Assembly (NCBI RefSeq): GCF_009914755.1
Contig: NC_060943.1
Source: the human T2T-CHM13v2.0 reference genome, Homo sapiens
Length of the DNA: 64,000 bases
Reading direction: 5' to 3' (one strand)
The translations under genes and the position numbers were made by a program. Below the pieces are notes generated by a model that was given only the letters and a program-made list of their open reading frames with translations, searched no databases and was not told the origin of the DNA. This document shows, in pieces, positions 31,765-55,954 of this stretch; position 1 is the first letter of the stretch, and every line of letters begins with the position of its first letter.

Positions 31765-33125
31765 CACTATCTACTGCTGTGTAACAAATTACCCCAAAGA
31801 TCAGTAGCTTAAAACAAGCATTCATGATCTCACATAGTTTTTGTGGGTCAGGAATCTGGGTGCAGTTTAGCTGAGTGGTTCTGGCTCCATGTCTCTCAGG
31901 AGATTGTGGCCAAACTGTCAGCTGGGGCTGCAGGCTCATCTGAAGGCTCAACTGGGAAAATTATTCTTCTTTCCTTCCTTCCTTCCTTCCTTCCTTACTT
32001 CCTCCCTCCCTTCCTCCCTTCCCTTCCTTTCCCTTTCTTTCCTCCCTCCCTTCCTCCCTCCCTCCTTCCCTCCCTTCTTTCCTTCCTTCCCTCCCTCCCT
32101 TCTTTCCCTCCCTCCCTCCTTTCCCTCCCTCCCTCCTTCCCTCCATTCCTTCTTCCTTCCTTCCTTCCTCCCTCCCTCCCTCTCCTCTCCTCTCCATTCC
32201 TCTCCTCTCTTCTCCTCTCCTCTCCTCTTCCCTTCTTTCTCTTTTGAGACAGGGTCTTGCTCTGTCTCCCAGGCTGCTGTGCAGCGGTGTGACCATGGCT
32301 CACTGCAGCCTTGACCTCCCAGGCTCAAGTGATCCTCCCACCTAAGCCTCCTGAGTAGCTGGGACCACAAGGGCATGCCACCGTGCCCTGCAATTTTTTT
32401 CATGTTTTGTAGAGATGGGGTCTCCTTATGTTGCCCAGGCTGGTCTCAAATTTCTGGGCTCAAGTAATCCTCCCACCTCAGCCTTTGAAAGTATTGGGAT
32501 TATGAGTATGAATCACCACACCTGGCCTATTCACTCTTTCTTCCTTCCTTACCTTTCTCTGTCCCCTTCTCCCTCCTTCCTTCCACCCCTTTCTCTCTCT
32601 CTTTCTTTCTCTTCTTTCTTCTTTCTTCTTTCTTTTTTCTCTTTCTTCTTTTTCTTTCTTTCTTCTTTCTCTCTCCCCTTTTTCTTCTTTCTTTCTCTTT
32701 TTCTTTCTTGTAAGAACACTTAACATGAGATGTAGCCTCTTACATTTTGATGTGCACAGCACGGTATTATTAACTCTAGGCATAATATTGTGCTGCATAT
32801 CTTAGAACTTATTCCTCTCATATAGCTGAAACTTCATACCTGTTGAACAGCAACTCCCTATGGGAGAGGATTCACTTCTAAGCTCACTCACATGGTTGCC
32901 AGCAGGCTTGAGTGCCAGCTCAAGAGCTATTGGCTAGAGATTTCATTTCCTTACCATGTAAGCTTTTCAACAACATGCTTGAGTGTCCTTGTGACATGGC
33001 AGCTAGGACCTGGCAGCTGGCTTCCCCTAGGCACTCAAGACAGAAACCACAGTCTTTTTATAGCCCAATATCAGGAGTGACATCCTATCACTTCTGACTT
33101 ATTTGTCAGAAGTAAGTCAGTGAGT
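31765..33125 (-). mobile_element. MLT1F-like MaLR LTR split by AluJ, CT tracts and an L1 fragment
   Basis: GCTGTGTAACAAATTACCCCAAA...GTGGGTCAGGAATCTGGG, resuming at CACTTCTAAGCTCACTCACATGG near 32873. Confidence 0.7.
31965..32245. repeat. Polypyrimidine CT-rich tract (tail of minus-strand AluJ)
   Basis: TTCC/CTCC mosaic; a second such tract lies at about 32530-32710. Confidence 0.9.
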
Positions 33126-33126
33126 A

Positions 33127-39201
<6,075 letters not shown>

Positions 39202-40454
39202 TGATGGGGCAGCTCAAAAAAAACAAAACAAAACAGGACCATAAGATGGCAGTATTGCATAACAAGCTTTACTGCACGGCACTTAGATAGGTTTGCATGC
39301 GGGGAATGTCCCTTCCAGCAGGACTCCTTCCAGAGGAACTCCTGGGACAGAGGAGAGTTAGAGGCAGGGCTTAAGTGTCTAGGTGATGTCATTGAGTAGC
39401 AAGGTGGGGAGAGTCTGCATCATAGAACTCTGAAAGGCAACAATAATTTGGGGTTTCTTATGGCTGTAAGATTTTTCTTCTCTGTGATTAATAGGTGTTG
39501 TTGGGTGCAATTTTGTGGGGTATGCAAAGCAGGTAGGCTCTAAATGACTAAACATATGCTTATTTGTGCAATATTTATAGCAATGGATTGTGTGAGAATT
39601 TGAGCTTGGTGCTGGTGGGCTTTGAGCTGAGAGGTCCCTGCCTGCCTGCTGTAAAGAAATAAATGAGATAGGGCTGATAGAAAGACACTGTCTTTGGCTC
39701 ACTTATACAGCAAGTGACAACCAATTTAGTTCAGACCTTTCTTGCTTCTAGACCTGCACCATCCACTCTTATCCACTTCTCATTCTTCCTGGAAGCTGCC
39801 ACGGAACATGCAGACCCCCGTATCCACTTTTGCCAGTAGGGACACCCACTTTTGAAAAGCCACGGACCCCTGGCAACGCAGCTGCAGACATACCATTTAA
39901 CTCACCCTGCCTGGAAAAGGAAAGTAAATGTTTTCTTCCCAATTTTTGCTAGGGAAATCCAGGCACATACATGTATTCAGTAACTCAATGATATAAATTT
40001 CAGGGCTTGTGTCTGTGTGTTATTGGAAAAGCATTTGAGGCTGGCTGTCATGGTTCATGGCTGCAATCTCAACACTTTGGAGGCTGAGGCAGGAGGCTCA
40101 CTTGAGGCCAGGAGTTCCAGACCAGGCTGGACAACTCTACCTCTACAAAAAAATAAAATAATAAGCCCCGCATGGTGGTGCACACCTGTAGTTCTAGCTA
40201 CTCAGGAGGCTGAGGTGGGAGGATTGCTTGAGCCCAGGAATTCAAGGCTACGCTGAGCTATGATCACACCACTGGGCCTGGGCAATGGAGTGAGATTCTG
40301 TCTCTAAAAAAAAAATGCATTTGAGAATTTTAGCAAATCTAAGTACATTTGGAGTCTGCTAATATTACTGTATATGGGATTTTGGTGGGACCATCCCTAA
40401 GGATTTAATAATAAAATGTCCCTTTATATTGTTGAGAATTTTAAATAATTCTTT

Positions 40455-40668
40455 AAAGCAGTTATGTTCTGATAAATATTTAATAACTGGCTCTTGAGTG
40501 GCATGGGGCGCTGATTTGCAGTGTTTGCCAATTCCTGTGGTGTAAATACTCCCACTGTGGCTGATTTCAAGGTACAGATGTGATACCACTGAATGTGAAG
40601 CTGAGAAGAGATGCATGCAATTGGCTCTGACTCATGCGGTTGATACATGCCAGCTCCAGCACATCATG
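40455..40668. mobile_element. MER63-like hAT-Blackjack element
   Basis: GTGTTTGCCAATTCCTGTGGTGTAAATACTCCCAC...CCAGCTCCAGCACA motifs. Confidence 0.7.
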
Positions 40669-41002
40669 ACTTCAAGCTGTCCCAGATGTGCCCTGTCTGA
40701 ATTTCTGACCTACAAAAACCACGAGAGATGATGAGTGATTATCAATGTTTTAAGCTGCTAAGTTTTTGAGTAATTTCTTGCATGTTGGAATACTATACAG
40801 CTGTGAAAAAGAATGAGAAAGGGCTATATCGTAGCTATGTTATCTATGAGGGATATATTATAGATATGTCATCTAATTCTTTTTTACAGCTGTATAGTAT
40901 CCCAGCTGTGAAATAGAATACTATACAGCTGTGAAAAAGAATGAGAAAAAGACAAATACCTATTATAGCAATTTGACCTCACCCAACGGTGAGAGTTCAT
41001 TA

Positions 41003-41445
41003 TGTAATAATATCGGACCAATCCAGTTCAATTTTTATGTAACAAAGTTGTGAGTTGTCTTCCAGTTGCCATGGACCCCAGGTTGCAAGCTACATAATCA
41101 GAACATGTCCAGATGAGCTAAAAAGTCAACCACAGGTGGAACCTAAGTGCTCAGACAAAGGAGCAGAATTGAATTAAGAAACAGACGCCACATGTCAATG
41201 ATCCAGTATCCAATCAGCTCGAGCCCTGGCATCACACCATCGCAAGAGCCAATCAGATAATGCCTCATTACCCTGTGACTATAAAACCTGCCCCAACTCC
41301 CAGTTCAAAGAGACAGATTTGAGTGTTTTCTCCCATTTTCTTGCCAATTGGCTCACATTAAACCTTTCTCACTGCAAAAACATAGTGCTTTGCTGGTTGA
41401 TGTTCCCTTGCATATAGGCAAATTGATCCAGTTTGGTTTGTAACA
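41003..41445 (+). mobile_element. ERV1-class solo LTR
   Basis: TG...CA termini, near-TSD ATTA/GTTA, two CCAAT boxes (41210, 41249), TATAAAA 41280-41286 and ATTAAA 41357-41362 in U3-R order. Subfamily not assigned. Confidence 0.8.
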
Positions 41446-41456
41446 GTTACATATGA

Positions 41457-43262
<1,806 letters not shown>

Positions 43263-44139
43263 ATAGTTGTTAGAATAAGAAGCACAACTGGCATAAACAG
43301 GTTTGGGAATACACAGCTTGCACTCAGTGAGCACACAGCGAGCCTGGTATGGAAGTGGATGCATGTACATTTCAGAGCAACCCTGCAAGGTTTCCGTATG
43401 AACCAGCGACCATGCATCCTCTGTGGGGGATAGACCTTGGGTTCATGGATGAGTTGGTTAATTGGGTGTCTTGGAGGTTGGCTGAGAGCTCCCACTGTTC
43501 TTGACTCTTAAGACAAGATGGCACATGAGGTGAAAGCAGGTGCCCCAGTGGAGGATCCTAGAACCAGCCAAGTAGTGAGGATCCAACCGCCCCCTTGCCC
43601 AGAGAGGCACCAGTGGAGGACGCACAGGTGACTCACACTGCCAGCTGAGTCCCCCCTTCCCCATTTCCAGTGTAAACACCTGGATTCTTTTACAGAGTTA
43701 CCCTTGAGTTCACTTTGCCCTTGGCTCTGGGGGAAGAGAGAGTCTCCTGGGGTCTGCTGGATTAGGAGATGAATGTTGCCAAATGAATGCTTCTCTTTCC
43801 GCAGCTGTTGCCTTTATGCAATGCCATTTCTATCTTCAGTTCTTTCTCCATTAAAATGTGAGCCATGGCCTGGAATGAACTTCATCCCTCTGTGTGGAGG
43901 AAGTGTCCTCAGCTGCCCAGACAGGCTCAGCTTCGGGTCTGTGTAGGAAGAACCCGTGGAAGGGAGTGGGGAGTCGAGCTCAAAGACTAACAGCCAAGAC
44001 TCTGGGAGAGTGGTCAGCTCAGAGTCCTCAGGGGAGGGGGTGTGGGGATGAGAGTCCACGTTATTATGTTACCTGGGGCAGGTGGGATAAAGGTAAGAGA
44101 AGGTAAGTGGAGGGATTTTAGTGGCATACAACGACTGCT

Positions 44140-44580
44140 TTTGTTGCAGAGAGCTTATTAGGAAGCAGATGAGAGGAACTGAGCTTGCAAAAGGTTTGTT
44201 TAGAGGGGACCCACCCTTGGGATGGATACTGGTGGAAGGGAAAGGGAAGGGAAGGGAAACAAACAGGATTGGGGGAGACAGAGAGACACAGAGAGAGAGA
44301 GAGAGCATGAGAAGTCCAGCTGCCCCCAGCTCTGTAGCTGGGATGGTCCCTGAGTTGTCCTGAGATTTGGGGAGAGGGGCCCGAGATTTTATGCCTCCAT
44401 ACAGATGTTGGTGGCCCGGGGAAGGGAACAAGACCCTGGATGAGGACGTGCCATTTGGCAGATGCTGACCTGAAGGGGTGGACAGCAGAGGTCTGCTTCC
44501 AGCAACATTCCTAGAGGCTGGGGCACACATCTTTCATCACTGAAAAGATCTGGGTAGCACAGCAGCGTCCTCATCCTTGC
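44140..44580. mobile_element. LTR33-like ERVL LTR
   Basis: AGCTCTGTAGCTGGGATGGTCCCT...GATCTGGGTAGCACAGCAGCGTCC resembles the recalled LTR33 consensus. Confidence 0.6.
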
Positions 44581-44644
44581 TGAAACTTGTCTGGGATAGC
44601 TATGGACAGATTTTCTCCAAGGAGATTTACTTTTCCACGGTGAG

Positions 44645-46430
44645 AGGGTGTGTGTGTATGTGATTATGTGTCTCTATGAAGGTGTGAGTGCATATGTGTG
44701 TGTCATACTCTATGTAACTGTGTACATGTGCATGCGTGTAATTATGTGCACATGTGTGACTGTGCGTCTATATGAAGGTGTATGTGAGTGTATACGTGTG
44801 TGTCATACTGTATGTAACTGTGTATGTGTGCCTGTGTGAATTAAGTGCACGTGTGATTGTGCATCTATATGAAGGTGTATGTGAGTGCATATGTGTAAGT
44901 GTGTGCCATACTGTGTGTGTATGTAACTGTGTCTGTACGAGTATGTGTGTGTGAATGTATGGTGACTGTATGTGCAACCGTGTGTCAGCATGAGGGTGTG
45001 TGTGCATATCTTTGGGAGTATGTGTATGTGTCTGTGTGTGTCTGTATGAGAGTGTATATGAGTGCATATGTGTGTCATAATGTATGTGTGTATGTAACTG
45101 TGTGTATGAGGTTGTGTGTGAGTCTGAGCAAGTGTGTGCATGTGTGTGCGAGTGTATATATGTAATTGGGTATCTGAGGGTGTGTGAGGATGTGGGGTGT
45201 GCAAGTGTGTGCAGGTGTGAGGACATGTGACTGTATATGTGACTGTATCTGCATGAGGGTGTGTGTGCCTGTGTGTATTTGTCTGCATGAGGGCACACAG
45301 GAGTGTGTGTGTGAGATTATGATTATGTGTATAATTAGGTGTCTATCAGTGCATACGTGTGTGAGTGTATGTAACTGTGTGTCTGTATGAGGGTGTGTGA
45401 GTGTGAGAATGTGTGTGCATATGTGAATGGGTGTGCGTATATAATTGTGTGTGTATGAGGGTGTGTGAGTGAGAATGTGTGTGCATATGTGAGTGGGTTT
45501 GCGTATATAATTGTGTGTCTGTATGAGGGTGTGTGAGTGTGAGAATGTGTGTGCATATGTGAGTGGGTGTGCGTATATAATTGTGTGTCTGTATGAGGCT
45601 GTGTAACCATGTGTGTGCATATACGTGTGTGGGAATGAATATATGTAGTCATGTGTCCATATGAGGGTGTGTGTGAGCACGTGCGTGCATATGTGTGTGT
45701 ATGTAATTGTGTGTCTGTATGAGGGTGTGTGAGAGTGTGAGCATGTGTGTGCATATGTATGTGTCTTGGAGGTTGGCTGGCAGCGCCCACATATGTATGT
45801 GAGTGTAGGAGTGTGGGAGTGTGTGTAATTGTGTGTCCGTACGAGGCTGTGTGACCACGCATGTCCATATATGTGTGAGTGTGGGAATGCATATATATAA
45901 TTGTGTCTGTACGAGGGTGAGAGTGTGAGCAAGTGTGTGCATATGTATGTGAATGTGTGAGTGTGGGTGTGTAATTGTGTGTCTGTATGAGGGTGTGTGT
46001 GACCATGTGTGTCCATATGTGTGTGTGCATGTAATTGTGCGTATGAGGGCCTGAGCAATGTGACTGTGTGACTGTCACACATTGTGTGTCTGACAGTGTA
46101 CATGTGTACGAAATGGGATGTCTCTATAATGAGGCACGTGTGTGACTGCATATGTGCATGACTGTGGATGAGTGTGCATGCATGTAATCATGTGTCTGAT
46201 AGTACATGTGACTGTGTGTGCGCATGTGTGTGTGTGCGTGCCTGCCAGTTTGTGTCTGTATCAAAGTATTTGAATTGTGTGAACAGGTGTGATTGTGGGA
46301 GCATGTTATGAGTGTGAGTGTATGTGAGTGTGCTTGTGATTGTGTGCCCATGGGAAGGTCTGTTTGTGTGTGAGTACCTGTGCACGTGAGAGTGTCTGAG
46401 CGAGCGAGCGAGCGTGTGTGCAACTTGCAT
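44645..46430. repeat. TG-rich minisatellite / low-complexity array, core unit about 68-70 bp
   Basis: GTATGAGG anchors at 45385, 45453, 45521 and 45591, in an alternating purine-pyrimidine background. Confidence 0.92.
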
Positions 46431-46843
46431 AAATCTGTCTGGCACCAGCAAAGTGGCTCAACTGTCTTTAGAGACAGAGGTCCCTTCCCTCCTGTTGGGG
46501 ACCTCTTGACCTGCTCCCTCCCCTCCAGCTTCACCCCTGTCCAAGGAGGCTGCTCCTGATCCCAGGATTCTACTGGATGGGGGGTTGGGGAAGGGTGTCA
46601 CCTCCTTTCCTTTATAGGCATGACCAGGCATGGCCCCCACCACTTATGCCCACATCCCACAGGGCAGGATGTAGTCACATGGACACGCCATGCAGTCAGG
46701 GGGCCTGGGAAACATTCTCTCTCTTTAGGTGAGAGCTCTGGGGAAGAAGGGCTGAATGGACATTGGTGGACACTGGCTGTCCTGGCACAGCTGCCCAGGT
46801 GCTCTGCAGAGTAGATATTTGTGAAACATTAAGAAGGCCCTGG

Positions 46844-48121
<1,278 letters not shown>

Positions 48122-48199
48122 CTAGGCCTCCTCTTATTTTCTTGAACAGGCCTCATCTGGCTTTGTTCATCTTTATGTCTCCAGCATCCAGCACAATCC

Positions 48200-48400
48200 C
48201 TGCCATTAGGGTCATGGCTTCATAAAAACGTCACGAATGCAACGCAGAAGTGCATGCATGCATGAATAAATGAATGATGCATGAAAAGAGCAATCTCCCT
48301 GTCCTGGAAGCAGCTTCCCCTAGGGGTGGGGGTGGGGTGCGGAGGCAGGGGCAGCCAGTGATGTCACAAGAGGTGGCTGGGATGGAACGTTCTGGAAGGT
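48200..48400 (+). promoter_or_regulatory. Candidate non-CpG-island ACSBG2 promoter
   Basis: Half-CRE CGTCA 48229-48233, GT-boxes GGGGTGGGGGTGGGG about 48323-48337, and CRE-like TGATGTCA 48359-48366, directly upstream of the putative first exon. Confidence 0.4.
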
Positions 48401-48644
48401 TGAATGGGGTAGAAGGCCTGTTGTGGAGGGAAACCACCCATCCTCCTGCCTCCCACCACCACCATCATCCTGGCTGGACGGAGAGGGTGACGGGGGCTGG
48501 GAAGGGGCAGCTCATGTTCAGGTTTCCAGGAGGGGCTACCTGTTGACTGTCTTTGCAGGAAGAAGAAAACACCTGAGTGACCAGATGTCCCAGCTCCAGG
48601 TGCCTTGCCAGATGGCCAGAACCACACCTCTTGAAGAGTGACAG
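48400..48644 (+). other. ACSBG2: Probable ACSBG2 non-coding 5' exon (start uncertain)
   Basis: Unique non-repeat island about 5.6 kb upstream of the first coding exon. Candidate donor CAG|GTGCCA at 48644/48645 and an internal acceptor CTTTGCAG| at 48558. Placement rests partly on recalled gene structure. Confidence 0.55.
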
Positions 48645-48674
48645 GTGCCAGTGGTATGGGAGAAGGGCATGCGT

Positions 48675-49410
<736 letters not shown>

Positions 49411-51205
49411 ACCCTACATGGCCTTTTAAAATTGTGAAACATATAATGCATATAAAATAACACAAAGCATATCTGTACGATTTAATGAATAACGATAAAT
49501 ATCTGTGTGCCCTTTTCACTTCGTGAAATCGAATATTACTAGTAACTTACAAGTCCTCTGTAGAGAACTCCTGAGCTCAAGTGATCCACCTGCCACGGCC
49601 TCCCAAAGTGCTGGGATCACAGGTGTGAGCCTCCGCACCCGGCCGATCGTGTGATTTTTAACGTGCAGTTCCCTGATGACCAAAGCTACTGAGCATCTTG
49701 TCCAGGATTTGTAGCCCTTTCCAGGCTCCTTTTTTGTGAACTGCCTGTTTACATTTTTCATCATAAAACACTGGGTTGTTTACATTTGTCTTTTAAATCC
49801 AGAGTTCTTTTCATACTCCGGATACTAATTTTATTTGCCCATTTTGCATTGCCATAAAGTAATACCTGAAGATGGGCAATTTATAAAGAAAAGAGGGGCC
49901 TGGTGTGGTGGCTCACACCTGCAAATCCCAGCACTTTGGGAGGCCGAGGTGGCGGGGTTGGGGGGGGGGGGGGGGCTTGCTTGAGGCCAGGAGTTCAAGA
50001 CCGGCCTGGGCAATATAGCGAGGCCCCCAGCTCTACAAAAATAAAAATAAAAATAAATTAGCCAGGCGTAGTGGCATGCTTCTGTAGTCCCAGCTATCTG
50101 AGGGGAAGAGAGTTCCAGGCAGAGGGCACAGCCCGTACGAAGGCCCCAAGGAAGGACTGCACCTGGTGAGTTGGAAGAACAGTGAGGAGGCCCACGTGGC
50201 TGCAGCAGAGTGAGGAGGGGGAGGGAGGAAGGAGGAGAGCACAGGGAGGTGCAGGGCCTTGTGGACCGTGGGGAGAACTTGCGCTTTTACCTGGAGGGAG
50301 GTGGGAGCCATGGAGGGCTGCAGGCAGAGGAGAGACAGGGTTGGGCCAGCATTTCACTTTTTTATTTTTATTTATTTATTTATGTATTTATGTATTTATT
50401 TATTTATTTATTTTTGAGATGGAGTTTCACTCTTATCTCCCAGGCTGGGGTGCAGGGCGAGATCTCTGCTCACTGCAACCTCTGCCTCTTGGGTTCAAGC
50501 AATTCTCCCACCTCAACCTCCTGAGTAGCTGGGATTACAGGTGCCTGCTGCCGTGCCTGGCTAATTTTTGTGTTTTTAGTAGAGACAGGGTTTCACCGTG
50601 TGAACCATGGCCAGGCTGGTCTCGAACTCCTGACCTCAGGTGATCCACCCGCCTCGGCCTCCCAAAGCACTGGGATTACAGGCATGAGCCACCGTGCTTG
50701 GCATTCATTTTTATTTGTAAACACTTTTATCGTGGAAAGTTTCAAACACAAAAGTAGAGCTGATCATAACATAAGCCCCCAACTACCTATGACTCGGCTC
50801 CAACTTAAAGTCAGCCTTGGTCATTTCTGTGTCACCCCACTCCTCGTGGGTAGTTTTAAAGCAAGCACCAGACAGTGTGTTCTTTCATGCATGAATCCTT
50901 TGGCAACAAGGATTCCTTTCTCTAACTTCACCCCAAAGCAATTATCATACTTTAAGGAAGTAAACATCCCCTCTTCATTTCTTCATGTCGTCTGAGACAC
51001 AGTCAGTGGTGGAGTTCTTGGCGGCCTCGTGCACATCTTGTTTGAATTGAGATCTAGCAGAACCCACAATGCGCCTGGGTGATGGGCCTCTCACGTGACC
51101 AGGACCTCTCAGGCTCCTGGGAGGAAGCTTAGGTCCAGGCAGGCGGAGAGAGTGGATCCCATTTTGAAGGCTGAGCTGATGGAATTAGCTAATGAGTCAA
51201 TGTGC

Positions 51206-51570
51206 TAGGAAGAGAGAGAGAGAGAGAGAGGGGAAGGGGGAAGGGGGAGGGAGGGAGGGAAAGAGGAAGGAGGAAAAGGAAGGAAGGGGAGGGAGGGAGG
51301 GAGGAAGGAAGGAAAGAAGGGAGGGAGGGAAGGAAAGAGGGAAGAGAGAGGGAGGAAGGAAGGAAGGAAGGAAGGAAGGGGAGGAAGAAAGAAAGGAAGG
51401 GAAGGGAAGAAGGAAGAGAGGGGAAGAACGAAGGGAGGAAAGAAGGAAGGGAGGGAGAGAGGAAGGGTAGGAGAATGGGAAAAAGGAAGGAAGGGGAGGG
51501 AAGAAGGAAGTAGAAAGGAGGGAAGAAAGGGAAGAAGCAAAGGGAGGAAGGAGGGAGGGAAGGAAGCAAG
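51206..51570. repeat. Polypurine GA-rich tract in ACSBG2 intron 1
   Basis: About 360 bp of almost pure G/A. Confidence 0.92.
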
Positions 51571-51775
51571 TCAAAGGTGAATTAAGGATGACTTTGAGGT
51601 TCTGGGCCAGATCCAGCTGCTCCAGAGGGGCCTTGGGCTTCCTCCTCATTTCTTCTTGGGCCGCACACTCCGTGCATGTTTTTCATGCATATCTGTAGCT
51701 TGGTCTGGATCTGCTGTTTTGGGCTGCTCGCTTTGTCCTGCTGATTGATCTACTTTGTGTGTGTAAACTCCGTAG

Positions 51776-52309
<534 letters not shown>

Positions 52310-53109
52310 TAGAATCCAGAACAACTGCTTGATTCTTCTATCAAGCACGCTCTTTATCATGAACAAAATCGTACAATTTTCCTCCCTGAAAGCCACTAGA
52401 AAAATCAGTTTCAATAAATGTTGACCAACAATTTGGCCTCCACTTCCCCCAGGGGACAAAGTTGACAATATCTGGAGACATTTTTGATTGGAATAAATTT
52501 ATATTTAGAATTTGTGATTTTAGGCCAGGTGTGGTGGCTCACACCTGTAATCCCAGCACTTTGGGAGGCCGAGGCAGGCAGATCACCTGAGGTCGGGAGT
52601 CTGAGACCAGCCTGACCAACATGGAGAAACTCTGTCTCTACTAAAAATACAAAATTAGCCAGGCATAGGCTGGGTGCGGTGGCTCACGCCTGTCATCCCA
52701 GTACTTTGGGAGGCCGAGGCGGGCAGATCACGAGGTCAGGAGATCGAGACCATCCTGGCAAACACGGTGAAACCCAGTCTCTACTAAAAATACAAAAAAA
52801 ATTAGCTGGGCGTGGTGGTGGGCACCTGTGGTCCCAGCTACTCAGGAGGCTGAGGCAGGAGAATGGCGTGAACCCAGAAGGTGGAGCTTGCAGTGAGCCG
52901 AGATTGAGCCACTGCACTCCAGCCTGGGCGACAGAGCAAGACTCCGTCTCAAAAAAAAAAAAAAAAAGGAATTAACACACTGAGAATTAAACAACCTGAA
53001 GGAGTGGTGGTACAAACACCACTCCAAAGCCCTCAAACAGTAGAGTCCAATTAATGACTATGCAAAAACCCAGGGTAGCCCCGGAATCCTGTCCGCTACT
53101 GATGGGTTA

Positions 53110-53415
<306 letters not shown>

Positions 53416-54271
53416 TTAAGTCTGATTACTGATAAGTGTTTTCGAAAGAGATGGCATTGATTTTTACCACAATGAATGAGAGCACCTGTTTTCCCACATT
53501 TTCATAATAGACAATATTGTCAGCTTTTTTGATCTTACTTAACCTGAAAGGTGAAAACTGCATCATATTTTCTATTGTATTTCTCATAGGACTGAGTTTG
53601 AGCATGTTTACTTCTTTTTAAAAGTCATTTTTCAGTTTCAGATAATTATCTATTCATGTCCTTTGCCCACTTTCCCATTGGGTTTTGGTCTTTTTCTGAT
53701 TAATTCCTCAGGGTTCTTTACATATGAGGGAAATCAAGCTTTTATACTTTGGATGTATTGTCCACATCTTTCCCCAATTTGTTGTTGATCTCTTGATTTT
53801 TGTTTGTGGTATTCTTGGCCATGTGGAAAATTTAAAAATTTTATGTAGCAAGACTTATCCTGTTTCTCCTTTAGGCCCTTTGAGTTTTCATGTTAATATT
53901 ACCTTTAAGAGAAGATAAATGTGTGGTCCCATGAGAGTTTCTTTCCCCTGGGAGGCTTCAAAATATTTTCTCACCCACAGAATTGTGTATAGACCCAGAC
54001 TTTATATTCTAACAATTTAAGAGACTCTTCTGTAAACTCACAGATTGAATACCCTCTGGGTTTTACAAATGCTCTATTATCTGGCATGCCGGCCACTCTC
54101 CTCTCCTCCCAGGCCCAGGACAGGCATGACCAATGGATCCTAGGATTCTAGGCAGACATGACCAGTGGATGGAAGAGTTGGCCTCATACCTACAGCCCCT
54201 TTGCCAATCCTGTTAAACTCCCTGCTTTTTTGCTTTGCAGTGCTGTGGAGCATGGTTTCTGCACACCTGGA

Positions 54272-54338
54272 ATGACTGGAACCCCAAAGACTCAAGAAGG
54301 AGCTAAAGATCTTGAAGTAGACATGAATAAAACAGAAG
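54272..54338 (+). CDS. ACSBG2: ACSBG2 (acyl-CoA synthetase bubblegum family member 2) first coding exon; whole exon 54241-54338 including 31 nt of 5'UTR
   Basis: Pyrimidine tract and TTGCAG acceptor end at 54240. ATG at 54272 gives MTGTPKTQEGAKDLEVDMNKTE, which I recognise as the ACSBG2 N-terminus. Donor AAG|GTATAT after 54338; 67 coding nt, phase 1. Confidence 0.95.
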
Positions 54339-54420
54339 GTATATTGCACTAAAGAGTACGTGGGAGAGAGAGTGGCACATTGATTCCACAAAGGCTCTTT
54401 GCAGAGGAGTCTGGATCTAG

Positions 54421-54789
<369 letters not shown>

Positions 54790-55077
54790 TGAGGTAGCAG
54801 GGCAAGTTGTTCACATAATTCAGAGCTCTGCTCTACTGGTGATGTGACACTGGGCAAGTCACTTGCTCTTTGGAGGCCTCATTTGCATATCTGAATGATG
54901 GGGGCATTGATAACAGCACCTCCCTGTCAGGTTGGTGAGCCCGAGTGGATAAAGTACCCAGGAATCATCCATGTAGATAGGGTGCGGATATGATCATAGT
55001 GATTTATTAACATTAGGCTATAATCATTTTACTGTCAGAGCTAAAGTCAAGGGACATGGTGACATCATAGACAGCTC

Positions 55078-55670
<593 letters not shown>

Positions 55671-55954
55671 GGCCGGGCACAGTTCACATCTGTAGTTTCA
55701 GCACTTTGGGAAGCTGAGGCGGGCAGATTGCTTGAGGCCAGGAATTCAAGACCAGCCTGGCCAACATGACAAAACCCTGTCTCTCTTAAAACTACAAAAA
55801 TTAGCCAGGTGTGGTGGCACATGCCTGGATTATAGTGAGTCTCAACTTACTGCAACCTCTGCCTCCCAGGCTCAAGCGATTCTCATGCCTCGGCCACCCA
55901 AACAGCTGGCATTACAGGCATGCACCACCGTGCCTGGCTAATTTTTTTTTTTTA

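Noticed and set aside
44768-46534. Long His/Thr-rich ORFs (up to 358 aa)
   Set aside because: Stop-poor readings of the CA-rich strand of the TG array; no gene structure.
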